NCBI GenBank assembly: GCA_013265495.1 | Contig: MU058584.1 | Coordinates: 3,228,508-3,292,507, forward strand | Reading direction: 5' to 3' | DNA from: Vicugna vicugna | Lineage: Eukaryota | DNA length: 64,000 bases | Shown: positions 22,052-34,565 of the stretch, piece by piece | Numbering within the stretch: position 1 is the first letter of the stretch | Layout: every line of letters begins with the position of its first letter | Made by a program: the position numbers and the translations under genes | The notes under the pieces: generated by a model | The model's input: only the letters and a program-made list of their open reading frames with translations | Told to the model about the DNA's origin: nothing | Database searches by the model: none

Positions 22052-25000
22052 TACTTTGATACAAATGAAAATGAAAACACAACCACACAAAATTTATGGG
22101 ACACAGCAAAGGCAGTGCTAAGAGGGAAGTTTATAGCAATACAGGCCTTCCTCAAAAAAGAAGGACAATATTAAATAAATGATTTAACCCACCAACTAAA
22201 AGAATTAGAAAAAGAAGAGCAAAAAACCCCCAAAAGGCAGCAGAAGGAAGGAAATAATAAAGATCAGGGAGGAAATAAATAAAACAGAGATTTAAAAAAA
22301 CTGTAGAAAAATCAATCAAACCAAAAGCTGGTTTTTTGAAAAAGTAAATAAAATCGACAAACCTCTGGCCAAAATCATAAAGAACAAAAAAGAGAGAGCA
22401 CAAATAAGCAAAATAAGAAAGGAAAATAGAGAAATTACAACAAATAACACAGAAATACAGAATATCATATAAGAATATTATGAAAAACTATATGGAACCA
22501 AAATGGACAACCTAGAGGAGATGGACAAGTTTCTGGAAACATACAGTCCACCAAGACTGAACCAAGAAGAAACTGACCACTTGAACAAACCAATCACTAG
22601 AAATGAAATTAAGTTAGCAATAAAAAACCTCCCTACAAATAAAATTCCAGGACTGGACGACTTTACTGGGGAATTCTACCAAACATACAAAGAAGAACTC
22701 ATACCAGTCCTTCTCAAACTCTTCCAGAAGATTGAAAAGGAGGGAATACTCCCACACTCATTCTATGAAGCCACCATCACCCTGATACCAAAATCAAGCA
22801 AAGACACTACCAAAAAAGAGAATTATAGGCCAATATCATTGATGAACATAGATGCAAAAATCCTCACCAAAATATTAGCAAATAGAATCCAACAGCACAT
22901 AAAAAAGATTATACACCATGATCAAGTGGGGTTCATTCCAAGGACACAAAGGTGGTTCAACATATGCAAATCAATCAATGCAATATATCACATCAACAAG
23001 AGAAAGGACAAAAACCACATGATTATCTCAACAGATACAGAAAAAGCATTTGATAAAATTCAACACCCATTTATGATAAAAACTCTCACCAAAGTGGGTA
23101 CAGACGGAACATATCTCAACATAATAAAAGCTATATATGACAAACCTACAACCAGCATAGTACTCAACAGTAAAAAAACTCAAAACTGTCCCACTAAAAT
23201 CAATCTGGGACAAGACAAAGATGCCCACTTTCACCACTCCTATTCAACATTGTCTTCGAAGTCCTAGCCACAGCAATCAGGCAAGAAAGAGAAATAAAAG
23301 GGATCCAAATTGGGAAAGAAGAGGTTAAAGTGTCACTATATGCTGATGACATGTTACTATATACAGAAAACCCTAAAAGGTCTACACGAAAACTACTAGA
23401 GCTGATCGAAGAATACAGCAAGGTAGCAGGTTACAAGGTTAATGTTCAAAAATCAGATGCATTTCTTTACACTAACAATGAATCAACAGCAAAAGAAAGT
23501 AAAGGAACAATTCCCTTTAAAATACCACCCAAAGTAAAAAAATAAAAACACCTAGGAATAAATCTAACCAAGGAGGTGAAGGAATTATACACAGAAAACT
23601 ATAAACCATTGATGAAGGAAATTAAAGAAGACTTTAAAAAATGGGAAGATATCCCATGCTCCTGGATTGGAAGAATCAATATCAAAATGATCACACTGCC
23701 CAAGGCAATCTACAGATTTAATGCAATCCCTATCCAATTACTCAGGACATATTTCACAGAACTAGAATAAATCATAATCAAATTTATATGGAACCACAAA
23801 AGACCTAGAACTGCCAAAGCATTATTGAAGAAAAAGAAAGAGGCTGGAGGAATAACTCTCCCAGACTTCAGACTATATTATAAAGATACAGTCATCAAGA
23901 CAGCATTGTATTGGTACAAAAACAGACATATAGACCAATGGAACAGAACAGAGAGCCCAGAAATGAACCCACAAACTTTTGGTCAACTAATCTTCGACAA
24001 AGGAGGCAAGAATATACAATGGAATAAAGACAGTCTCTTCAGCAAATGGTGTTGGGAAAACGGGACAGTAGCCTGTAAATCAATGAAGATAGAACACTCC
24101 CTTACACTATACACAAAAATAAACTCAAAACAGATCAAAGACTAAAACATATGACAAGATACAATAAACCTCCTAGAAGAAAATATAGGCAAAACATTAT
24201 CTGACATACATCTCAAAAATGTTCTCCTAGGACAGTCTACCCAAGCAATAGAAATAAAAGCAAGAATAAACAAATGGGACCTAATTAAACTTACAAGCTT
24301 CTGCACAGCAAAGGAAACCATAAGTAAAACAAAAAGACAACCTACGGAATGGGAGAAAATTTTTGCAAATTAAAGTGACAAAGGCTTGATCTCCAGAATA
24401 TATAAGCAGCTCATACAACTTAATAAGAAAGAAACAAACAACCCAATCCAAAAATGGGCAGAAGACCTAAACAAGCAATTCTCCAATGAAGAAATACAAA
24501 TGATCAATAGGCACATGAAAAAAATGCTCTATATCACTAATTATCAGAGAAATGCAAATCAAAACTACGATCATCTCACACCAGTCAGAATGGCCATCAT
24601 TCAAAAGTCCACGAATGACAAATGCTGGAGAGGCTGTGGAGAAAGGGGAACCCTCCTACACTAATGATGGGAATGCAGTTTGGTGCAGCCACTGTGGAAA
24701 ACAGTATGGAGATTCCTCAAAAGACTAGGAATAGCCTTACCATGTGACCCAGGAATCCTGCTCCTGGGCATATATACAGAAGGAACCCTACTTCAAAATG
24801 ACACCTGCACCTCACTGTTCATAGCAGCACTATTTACAATAGCCAAGACATGGAAACAGCCTAAATGCCCATCAACAGATGACTGGATAAAGAAGCGGTG
24901 GTATATTTATACAATGGAATACTATTCAGCCATAAAAACCAACAACATAACGCCATTTGCAGCAACATGGATGTTCCTGGAGAATGTTATTCTAAGTGAA

Positions 25001-25367
25001 GTAAGCCAGAAAGAGAAGGAAAAATACCATATGAGATCACTTATATGTGGAATCTAAAAAACAAAACAAAACAAAACATAAATACAAAACAGAAACAGAC
25101 TCATAGACATAGAATACAAACTTGTGGTTGCCAAGGGGGTGGAGGGTGGGAAGGGATAGACTGGGATTTCAAAATGTAGAGTAGATAAACAAGATTATAC
25201 TGTGTAGCACAGGGAAATATATACAAGATCTTATAGTAGCTCACAGAGAAAAAAATGTGACAATGAATATATATATGTTCATGTATAACTGAAAAATTGT
25301 GCTCTACACTGGAATTTGACACACTATTGTAAAATGATTATAACCCAATAAAAAATGTTAAAAAAAG
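22052..25367 (+). mobile_element. 5'-truncated L1 (~3.3 kb) with disrupted ORF2 (Z, RT, C-terminal region) and 3'UTR
   Basis: ORFs 22503-23267 ([46 protein letters not shown]), 23330-23545 (YADD), 23576-23770, 23825-24145 and 24680-25057 are consecutive L1 ORF2 pieces broken by frameshifts and stops. Ends AATAAAAAATGTTAAAAAAA. No endonuclease domain or ORF1. Confidence 0.98.
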
Positions 25368-25643
25368 TGGGGGCTTTTGGGATTAGAAGAGGCAACTGAT
25401 TCTTAATCCAATAAATAAAACATAACACTGGGGGAAAAAAACAAATTAGACAGCATCTTGACCCCAGTTTCCAAATATTCTAAGGATTTTGTAGCATTTT
25501 ATTTCCAATCTTTGTCCATCAATTTATATATTATCATTGTTCATTTTGAGTCCTAAACTTGGTTTTTCAAGTATAGTGTGAGGTAGGGATCAAGACTCAT
25601 TTATTTTCCTATATGAGTATATATCTAATTATGCCAGCACCAA

Positions 25644-25776
25644 TTTTTTTTTTTTTGGCAGGAGGAAGTTATTAGGTTTACTTATTTATTTATTCTTAGA
25701 GGAAGTACTGGGAATTGAACCCAGGACCCCATGCATGCCAAGCATGCACTCTACCGCTTGAGCTATACCCTCCCCC
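25644..25776 (-). mobile_element. tRNA-derived SINE (camelid vic-1-like)
   Basis: Minus strand GGGGGAGGGTATAGCTCAAGCGGTAGAG..GGGTTCAATTCCCAGTAC has Pol III A and B boxes, followed by an AT-rich segment and poly(A). Confidence 0.88.
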
Positions 25777-25826
25777 GAAAAAGATGAAACAGATTTGTGG
25801 ACCACATTAAAGGACACGGTTTTGGC

Positions 25827-25960
25827 TTTATTGTTTGTTTTTTGAGGGGGAGGGAATTAGGTTTCTTCATTGATTTCTGCTTGGAGGAGGTACTGGGGAT
25901 CAACCACTGACCTCTTGAGTGCTGAGCATATGCTGTAGTACATGAGCTATACCCTTCCCT
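25827..25960 (-). mobile_element. Second, more diverged copy of the same SINE
   Basis: 'ggaggaggtactggggatcaacc...tgagctatacccttccc' is homologous to 25644-25776. Confidence 0.8.
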
Positions 25961-25964
25961 CTTC

Positions 25965-27060
25965 AGTTCTAAACTTTTTAATCCTATAAATAAAAGTATT
26001 GTCATTATCTTATTTAGAGATAGTGTTTGAATTTACCAACATGTTTACTGTTTTCTTTATTCTCCATTCTTTTTTGCATCTCAGGTCATCTTTCTAGATC
26101 TTTTTCTTTCCTTTTCTTTTGAAATATGTCATTCAGAGAAGTTTCTTAGTCGTAAACAGTTTTTGTTTGTGTATAAATATTATTCTTTTACTCTCTTGAT
26201 AGATAATTTTGCTAGGTACATACTTTTAATTATTAGTTATTTTCTCTTAACAAAATTAAGTTATAACTCCATTGTTTCTAATTTCTGTTGTTGTGTTGGT
26301 GAAGTCAGCTGTCTTTCTAATGGCCATTCCGTTGTAATTAATCCGTCATTGTTGTCAGACTGCTTTCAAGATCCTGTCTTTAGTTTTTGTGTTACACAGT
26401 TTCACTGTTACATTAGGAGTGGATTTTATTATTTTTTTTAACATATCTTGGATGTTTCACTTCCTGCATTTTTGGACCTATACTGTTTATTAGCTCTCTC
26501 AAATTTGTAGAGTCTTAAATATTGCCTCTCCTGCCTTCTTCTTGTTCTCTCCCCTGGGATTCCAATTATATATATGCTATATTTTCTCATTCTTTTCCCA
26601 ATACTGCCAAAACTTTTTGTATTTTCATCCCCTGATCTCTCTTTGCTATATTCTGACAATTCTTTGGCTATCTTCTAGTTCACTGATTCTCTCCTAAATT
26701 GCATCTTAACTCCTATTTAGCCTGTCCATTGAGATTTTGATTTTATATTTTTCATTTTTAATGGTTTCATTTGTTTTTCCTCCAAACTTGTTTCTTTTTT
26801 CCTAACAGTTTCTTGAGTTCTCATCTTTGTAATTACATCTTTTATTTCTTTAAACGCATTATATGTAACTATTTAAAAATACATTCTCACATCCTTTGTG
26901 TTCCTGGGGATCTAAATCTACTGATTCTTGTTTCAGCTTATTCTCACTCATAGTGGCTTCTCATGTATTTAATACTTAAAAAACATGAGCTCATTGTGTG
27001 ATCTTAGTTTATAGGCATTCTTGAGGTTCAACATGGGGAAACTTCCTTCAGAGTTGGTTT
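25965..27060 (-). mobile_element. Old L1ME/HAL1-like ORF1-region fragments
   Basis: Minus-strand ORF 26438-26659 contains RMRKYSIYIIGIPGE, resembling the L1 ORF1p RRxNIxIIGIPE motif. Plus strand is T-rich. Confidence 0.6.
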
Positions 27061-29284
27061 GCTTTTGTTTTTCTCAGCCAGTGGACAAGAGTTGCCCTCA
27101 AACAGGCCCACTTAAGCACATCTAATGGATGTGAGATCTCAGCTCAGCTTTCCCACCTTTTTTTTCAACAAATATCAAAATACCCTCAGTAATCTTGGTA
27201 TAAGTCAGTTAAGCTTTCCTTTTCTGGCTGCCAAGAAGTCCAGGCTGGTTCCTTGCCACCCACCTTAGTTCCCCCACTCTGCATCCTTACTGCTTCAGCT
27301 CTGGCCTCCCACCTCAGTGACCTTAGTTTTCAATCATTCCAGACCAAGATCACATTCATATGTGTCTATCTTGGGGAAATGGCATCATTTTTGAAGACCT
27401 TTTCTCCCTTCTGTGAGATCTCTGATGACTTAGAGAATATATCCTCATATATTTGGTCTCATCGTGTGAAGCAGGTAAGTCTTCAGACCTCCTTGTTAGT
27501 CATCCTTCTTCATCATTATTTGCACTTGTTATGAGTGATTAACTCATGGGTCCCCTTGTTCGTAGACATTCAAAAGTTTCCTGTTGCACAAGTCCATCCA
27601 CAATTCTTACTCTGTGGCTTACAAGGCTCAGAGAACCTTGCATTTTTTGTCTCTTCAAATTTACTGCCATTGACTCTCCTTCTTTGTCTCTACCTCCAGT
27701 CATCCTGGTCCTTTTTAGTTCATAACTATCAAGCCCCTCCTATCTCTGGGGCTTTGCACACAGTCTTCCTTTATTTATAAGCATCTCTCATGCTCTTTAC
27801 ATTATACCTCCAATCTCAGTTCAAATGTTACCTTCCCTCATCACCTTATCTATGGTTTCATTTATTGCTCTTCCTCTCAGTCTTTTGCTGGTGGGCAACT
27901 TTTTTTGTATCGATGTTTTAAATTGCACTTTAGTTAAATTTCACAGTTTTTTTTTTTTTTGCTTTTGTGCTGCATGATTTTGTCTGTCGTTTAAGAAATG
28001 TTTTCTTAGCCCAAAGCTGTTATACATATTTTCCTCTACAATAAGTCATACATATTTTCTTTTAAAGTTTTGCTTTAAAACTTCATCTGCAATTTTTTCC
28101 TGTGCCCACTAAGCCACTGGGAAATCCCTACTTACAGATCCTCCCAGCTGGCCCATGGGCAGCACTCCACACGTCTCACTCACATACCCCACTCCTCACT
28201 CGGCAGCAGGCAACCTGTGTGCACTCCCAAAGGTGGCGGGAAGGGTAAGCTTTGGAAGATGGTTAATGAGCACATGCAGAAAGCAGGCCTGAATCTGCAG
28301 GCCGGGGAGGGCCCACAAACTTGAGCTGTAGTGCTGCTTTTGGGAAAAGCGAAGATAGGCTGTTAGCACTAGGCCTGGTGCATTGCAGTATTGAGAGTAA
28401 GCATACAAGCTTACGAATTCTTCCATTAAAAAGGAGCAAGGAGTATAAAGCAGGTATATCCATAGACGGTCTGAGAAAGCCTCAGAATATCTAGTAGGGC
28501 TGAAAAAAGATATTTCTCCCCAGAAGGCTGTTAGTAAACACTGGAGGAGGTGACTGCTACTTTACATGTGAAGTCAGGAACACTAAACTCCAAGAAACAT
28601 GAAAAATGAAGGAAACATGGCACAAGAAATAAACCTCCATATACACAATGAACTAATGTTTGACAAGGGAACCAAAAATACTCCAATGGGGAAAACATAG
28701 TCTCCTCAATAAATGATGATGGGAAAATGAATAACTCAATGCAGAAGAGTGAAATTAATCACTCACCTTACACCACTCACAAAAATCAACTCTAAATCGA
28801 TTAAAGACTTAAACATGAGACCTGAAACCATAAAATTCTTGGAAGAAAACATAGGGAAAATTCCTTGACGTTGGTCTTGGCAATGATTTTTTTGGATATG
28901 ACACTAAAAGCACAAGCAACGAAAGCAGAAATTAATGCCAGACTGTATCAAACTAAAAAGGTTCTGCACAGCAAAGGAAACAATCAAAGAATGAAATAGA
29001 AACCTATGGAGTGAGAGAAAATATTTGCATGTCATATATCTTATAAGAAGTTAATACAAGCATATCCTGAAGATATCATAGGTTCAGTTTCAGACAATTG
29101 CAATAAGGCAAATATTGCAATAAAGTGAATCACACAAATTTTGTTTCCCAGTGCACATAAAATATATGTTTACACTATACTGTAGTCTGTTAAGTGTGCA
29201 ATAGCATTATGTCTGAAAAATGTGCATGCCTTAATTAAGAAATACATCATTTACATATATGTAAATTAAAATATATGTGCAATT

Positions 29285-30005
29285 AAAAAAATGATCTATC
29301 AAGTCATGAAAGACATAGAAGAAACTTAAAAGACATATTACTAAATGAAAGAAGCCAGTCTGAAAAGGCTACAAACTGTATGATTCCAACCAAATGACAT
29401 TCTGGAAAAGGCAAAGCTACAGAAACAATAAAAAGATCGTGGTTTCCAGGGGTTTGGGGAGAGGGAGGGAGGAATTAATAGATGAAGCACAAGGGAGTTT
29501 TAGGGCAATGAAGTTATTCTGTATGATACTGTAGTAGTGGCTGCATGTAATTATGCATTTGTCAAAACCCATAGAATGTACAACATCAAGAGTGAACCCT
29601 AATGTAAACTACGGACTTTGGTTGATAATAATGTGTCTCCCGTAGTGATTGAGGTACAATGTCAGAAAAGCCTAGACTGTCTCTTTTTGGTCATGGAAGT
29701 TAAGTGATATTGTGGGTAATATAAAGGATCCATGGTCAACTGAGTTTTCATTTTGTTCACTTGTGTTATTCACTATTTGGGGGTATATAATGTTTCTAAT
29801 AAAACAATAAAGTCACATTATGGAGACCTAGGGAAAAAAAAAGATAATAAGTTGTCCATGTTGGTTCATCAATTGTACCAAATATGCCACACTGACAAGG
29901 GATGTTGAGGGTAGGGGAGTATATATGTGTGGGTGGGGACCTTTGTATTTTCTGCTCAATTCTGTTGTGAACCTGAAACTGCTCTGAAAGAATAAAGTCT
30001 ATTAT
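29285..30005 (+). mobile_element. L1MC1-like 3' end inserted in the Tigger2 MITE
   Basis: 'gaaagaagccagtctgaaaaggctac...gtcaaaacccatagaatgtacaac...gtgaacctgaaactgctct...aataaagtctatta'. Confidence 0.85.
29638..29842 (+). mobile_element. Unidentified poly(A)-tailed retroposed insert
   Basis: AATAAA at 29798 and 29806, A9 at 29834-29842, TSD GATAATAATGTGTC (29624-37) / GATAATAAGTTGTC (29843-56). Confidence 0.75.
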
Positions 30006-31829
30006 ACATTATTGCTAAAATACATTATTGCTAAAAAATGCTAACCATCATCTGACAACCCAGGGTTGCTACAAACCTTCAATCTGTAAAAAACACAATA
30101 TCTTCAAAGTACAATAAAATGATATATGTCTTATCCCAAATGTACAAAGAACTCATACAACTTAATAGCAAAAACCTAAACAATCTGGTCAAAAAGTGGG
30201 CTAAGGAACAGAATAGACACTTTTCCAAAGAAGACACACGCATGGCAAACAGGAACATAAGAAGGTGCTCAACACGGCTATTCATCAGGGAAGTGCAAAT
30301 CAAAACCACATTTTCATACCTGTTAGCATAACTATCATCAATAAGACAAGAGATGACAAGTTTTGGCAAGGATATGGAGAAAAGGGAACCCTTGTGCACT
30401 GTTGGTGGGAATGTAAGCACTATGGGAAAAAATATGGAGTTTCCTCAAAAAGTTAAAAATAGACCTACCACATGAACCAGCAATCCCACTTTTGAGTATG
30501 TATCAAAGGAGCTGAAAGCAGGATCTTTCCAAGATACGCAAACAACACAAGTGTCTATCTATAGATGAATAGATAAAGAAGATGTGATATATACATACAA
30601 TGGGATATTATTCAGAATGAAATCTTGCCATTTGTGACAACATGCCAGGTCCTGGGGGTAAATAAAGAGAGAGCATTTTCCTTGCCCCTTCATACTCAGA
30701 GGTAGAGTGAGATAAGCTTCGCAATATAGATGTGAGTGAAGGGCTACAGGAGCCCAGGGAACGTGGCTGTAGGACTAGGAGTTAACTGTGGAGGCGACAT
30801 CTTCTGCTGACTAATGGGGAGGGGAATGAAGCAGGCATGGCTGTGCTGGCTTGGCAGGGAGACAGCCCAGGCCAGCAGCTTCAAGGCTAATTAAGTGAAA
30901 AATGATGCAATTGATTTGTTTGCTTCCAGCCAAATAGGACTTGGTCAGCATGGAAAACCAATGAGTTGAAAATTTCTCCACTTTGTGCCTGCAAGATGAT
31001 ATCAGCATCTTCCCTCCGCTCTGAATGTTGCTGTTGAAATGTGGTGTTACTTCGGTATTTTTACGTGCATCACTGCAGTGGGGTGAGTGGGTTTGCAGCA
31101 ACCCACAACAGAGTACGGTGGTCACCCTTGGATATGTGGAAGTAGAGAGGGAGGTGGGGACATTGAAAGGATGGCAGGAAATGACATGGTTGGATCTGTT
31201 TATATAGATCATTGCGATAGCGCCTAGGGGATGAATTAGAACGGACAGGACAAGAGGCAGGGGGGCTGGGGGTTGGGAGAGGGGGGCATTGGAATTATTC
31301 AGAAACCAAGGAGAGCAGAGGTAAAGAAAAAGAAACTCTTCCCAGGAGAAGTTGTTAGGATCCAGGATCCTATTTCATCCTTGGCAAATTCACAGCAGAA
31401 AAATTAGATGTCAGCTCTTTCATTATGAGTCTACTGAATTTGCTGAATTCGAACAGTTTATTACCACATTCTGCTTTTTAACTTAACTTGAACAATACTT
31501 TTCTGAATGACAACAATGTGTTAAACCCCAAGTGCATGATTTTTGGGGTTACAAAGATGAAGACTACATAGACCTGCTGCTGGGGATCCTCTGTCTCATC
31601 TGCTCTGGTGGGAACAGATGCGTGAACCAACAGCACAGCAGAGCAGGAGAAACGTGCCCATGTTACGTTCCATGTGCTGTGGGAACCCAGGTCTAACTTT
31701 CCAGTGGAGTCAGGAAAAGACTTCATGAGCTTGAAGGATGAGTAGCAACTTGCTAAATGATGGAATGGAGCAGGAAGGGCATTTTAGACAGAAGGGAAAA
31801 AGGCACAGAGGTGTGGCAGCATATAACAT

Positions 31830-32115
31830 GGTCAGAGACTGATGTAATGATTAAGAGGTGGACTCTCCAGGCTTGTGTTTAAATTCTGGATCTTCCAATT
31901 CTAGACCCTGAGCATGTTACTTAACTTTCTGCGCCTCCATTCCCTCATCTTTCAAATGTGGTTATTAAGAATATTCATCTCATGTTGCAAAAAGTGAGAA
32001 AGCTTGGTGAAGAAAACCCTATCTTGTAGGATTGTTACAAGGGTTAATAATACCTGTAAAGTATTTAGAACAATGCCTGGCATGGGGCAAATTATCAATA
32101 AATGTTGACAGCTAT
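31830..32115 (+). mobile_element. MIR
   Basis: gattaagaggtggactctccagg...catgttacttaactttct...gtaaagtatttagaacaatgcctggca...tcaataaatgtt. Confidence 0.8.
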
Positions 32116-32282
32116 CATTTGACTTAATATTTAGGAGTTAAAAGAAGAGGGATGGGGGGGTGGAATGGAAGGTGCAACCATTCCTGCTTTTCCTAAAAAT
32201 ATTCATGGATGTCAAATAATTTAGGAGAGAGGGCTCCTAGGGCCAGGAGAGGCTTTAATAAAAATGCAGATGTTAAATCTAT

Positions 32283-33504
32283 TGCTATGGACTGACTTGT
32301 ATCCTTCCCACCGTAAAGTTGCATGCTGAAGCCTTAACCACTAATGTGATGATATATGGAAATGGGGCCTTAGGAAAGCAGTTAGGGTCAGCTAAAATCG
32401 TGGGTGTGGTGCCCTCATGATGGGATTAGCAGTTTTATGAGAAGACAGAAAGAGAGACAGAGAATGAGAGAGAGAGAGAGAGATGTCTCTACCACGTGAG
32501 GACACAGTAGAAGGTGGTTGGCTGCAAGGAAGGAAGAAGGTCCTCACTCCTCACCAGGAACTAAATTTGCCAACACCTTGGTCTTAAATTTTCTAGCTTC
32601 CAGAGCTGTGAGAAATAAATGTCAGCTGCTTAAGCCACCCAGTCGTGGCATTTTGCTGTAGCAGCCTGAGCACCCTAAAACTGATTTTGCTACCAAGAAG
32701 GGTGCTGTTGTAACAAGTGCACGTGGAAGCAGCTTTGTCACTGCGTAATTAGTAGAGGCTGGACAAGTTTTGAGATGCATACCAGAAATGTTAAAAGCGA
32801 CTCTGGTGAGGTCTCAGACAGAAATGAGGAACATGTTGTTGGAAACTGGAGGAAAGGCGATCCAGAGAATTTGACTGGACTGTTTTCTAGTGTATTGTAG
32901 CACGCAGAATTTGCAAGTGATGAAATCGGGTATTTATCCGAGGAGATTTTTAAGTGAAGCATTGAAAGAGTGGCTTTGTTCTTCCTGAATGCTTATGGTA
33001 AAATACGAAAGGAAAGAGATAAATCAAGAAGGGCTTGCTCAGCGAAAAGGCAACAGAACTTGAAGATTTGGAAAATTCTCATCCTTGCCGTATTGCGATC
33101 TGTGAAAGCTTGTGAAGAGCACACTACGAGAGTGACTGAATGACCATTTGATAAAGAGACCATGGGTGTGACTCTCGCACTTAACCTGGTATCTCAACAG
33201 AAGCCAGGAACAGAGATGCAATTAGACCAGTGGAGACATTGCCAGTTTGAATTACAAGGGATGGGGAAAAAAATGAGATGAAATGAAGGACGACTGTGGG
33301 ACTTCTCAGACCCTCTAGGACTGGACCACAGAGCTGTTCAGCTGTGAACACGTGCTGTTGTTCAAGAAAAGGAGGAAGGACTCCCGAGATGATTCGGAGA
33401 TGATCAGGGTCCCTGCCTGTGACGAGTAAGTGCCTGCTGTTTAAGCCACCCCGCCTGTGGCATTTTGCAGTATTTTGTCACCGCGGCTTGAGCAGACTCA
33501 TGCA
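32283..33504 (+). mobile_element. MLT1A-like MaLR: 5' LTR, partial internal region and partial 3' LTR
   Basis: LTR 32283-~32680 (tgctatggactga...aataaatgtc...taagccacccagt...gcagcctgagc). Internal region starts 'gattttgctaccaagaag'. The LTR 3' end recurs at about 33417-33504. Confidence 0.82.
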
Positions 33505-34309
33505 GTTCTCTAAGACTTAGAGGAGGGAATTTGAACTCCCTAACAGCTGGTGAAACCTGGGCTTGAATGCTGGGCATTTTCAGTTTATCCTCTGGAGCAA
33601 ATTAATTACTTATTCACAAATTGCCACATGTCAGCAGCTGGATGCAAACAGCATGTTCCCCTGCAGAGCCAGCCACTCCTCATTCTTCCTGATTTTAGGA
33701 CCAAGGCTTGTCTCATACATACATTGGAGGGAAATAATAAAACATGGGCCCCGATGTGGTCTGTGTTGGGTAGACAGCATGTGTTGGATATTTCACTGAG
33801 CCCTCTTTTCAATCAGTACAAATAAACGGTACCCACTCTTATCCCCCAAGTCTGATGATCTCTGTGTGGGGGAAATGCTGGACCAGCTTGAGACCCCAGG
33901 GCCTCCTGTAATGGAAAATACTGCAATATGCTGGGACTATTCACTTAGCTGTCTTGTACAATTATCTGTCTTTTGGGCATCCTGTTACCCAACTTTCTGA
34001 ACTGTAATTTCTGCTTTTGGGGGAATGAGAGGATGACCACTTTAGGATTTCTCTGTGTCTGTCCTTATACTAAGAGGTGTCAGTGACTAATGAGAGTTTC
34101 TTTCCTTCCAATTACGCCCACTTTCCCACTCTAGACCCATCTATGGCAACCAGATCTCACTAGTGACATTGTTGGTGAAGGGCATTCCCCGCATCCTTTC
34201 TCTACTGGGTCTGGAGCCTGGAGACATAACACTGATTCAAAGAAGCAGAAAGTGTGCCACACACCTCCTCTGCTCTCTCCCAGCCAGGCACTGTGCAGAA
34301 TAATGGTAG

Positions 34310-34565
34310 CTACCAATTTATTGAGTATTTGTGTGTGAATGGACACATATGTGCACACCAGGCTCTAAGCACTCCATATGCTTACTCTCATTCAATCTTC
34401 CCAACAAATTTATGGAATAGAAACGGTTGTGCCCAATTTGCTGATGGGGAAGCTGAAACTCGGAGATTTTAAAAAATGTGTATGAGGTGATTTAGCTAGA
34501 GAGAGGCAGGACTGGGACTTGAACACAAGTCTTTCAGACTCCAGAGACCTCTTCCTTAACCACTT
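34310..34565 (-). mobile_element. MIR
   Basis: atttattgagt...ctgatggggaagctgaaactcggag...gggacttgaacacaagtctttcagactccagag..cttaaccac. Confidence 0.8.

Larger units (their letters stand above)
29057..30131 (+). mobile_element. Tigger2-derived MITE (TcMar), interrupted
   Basis: 5' 'caagcatatcctgaagatatcataggttcagtttcagac' and 3' 'cagggttgctacaaaccttcaatctgtaaaaaac...tatgtct'. TA at 29055-56 and 30132-33. Confidence 0.85.
28100..30645 (+). mobile_element. Internally deleted L1 hosting nested insertions
   Basis: 5'UTR/ORF1-start-like sequence to about 28623 joins late ORF2 (28624-29056). The L1 resumes at 30134 (YKELIQLN..VKKWAKEQNRHFSKED) and runs to about 30645. Confidence 0.8.

Noticed and set aside
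22503..23267. 254-aa reverse-transcriptase-like ORF as a functional gene or novel RT system
   Set aside because: It is an ordinary L1 ORF2 fragment, frameshifted before the YADD motif, with further stops downstream and no endonuclease domain, ORF1 or promoter.
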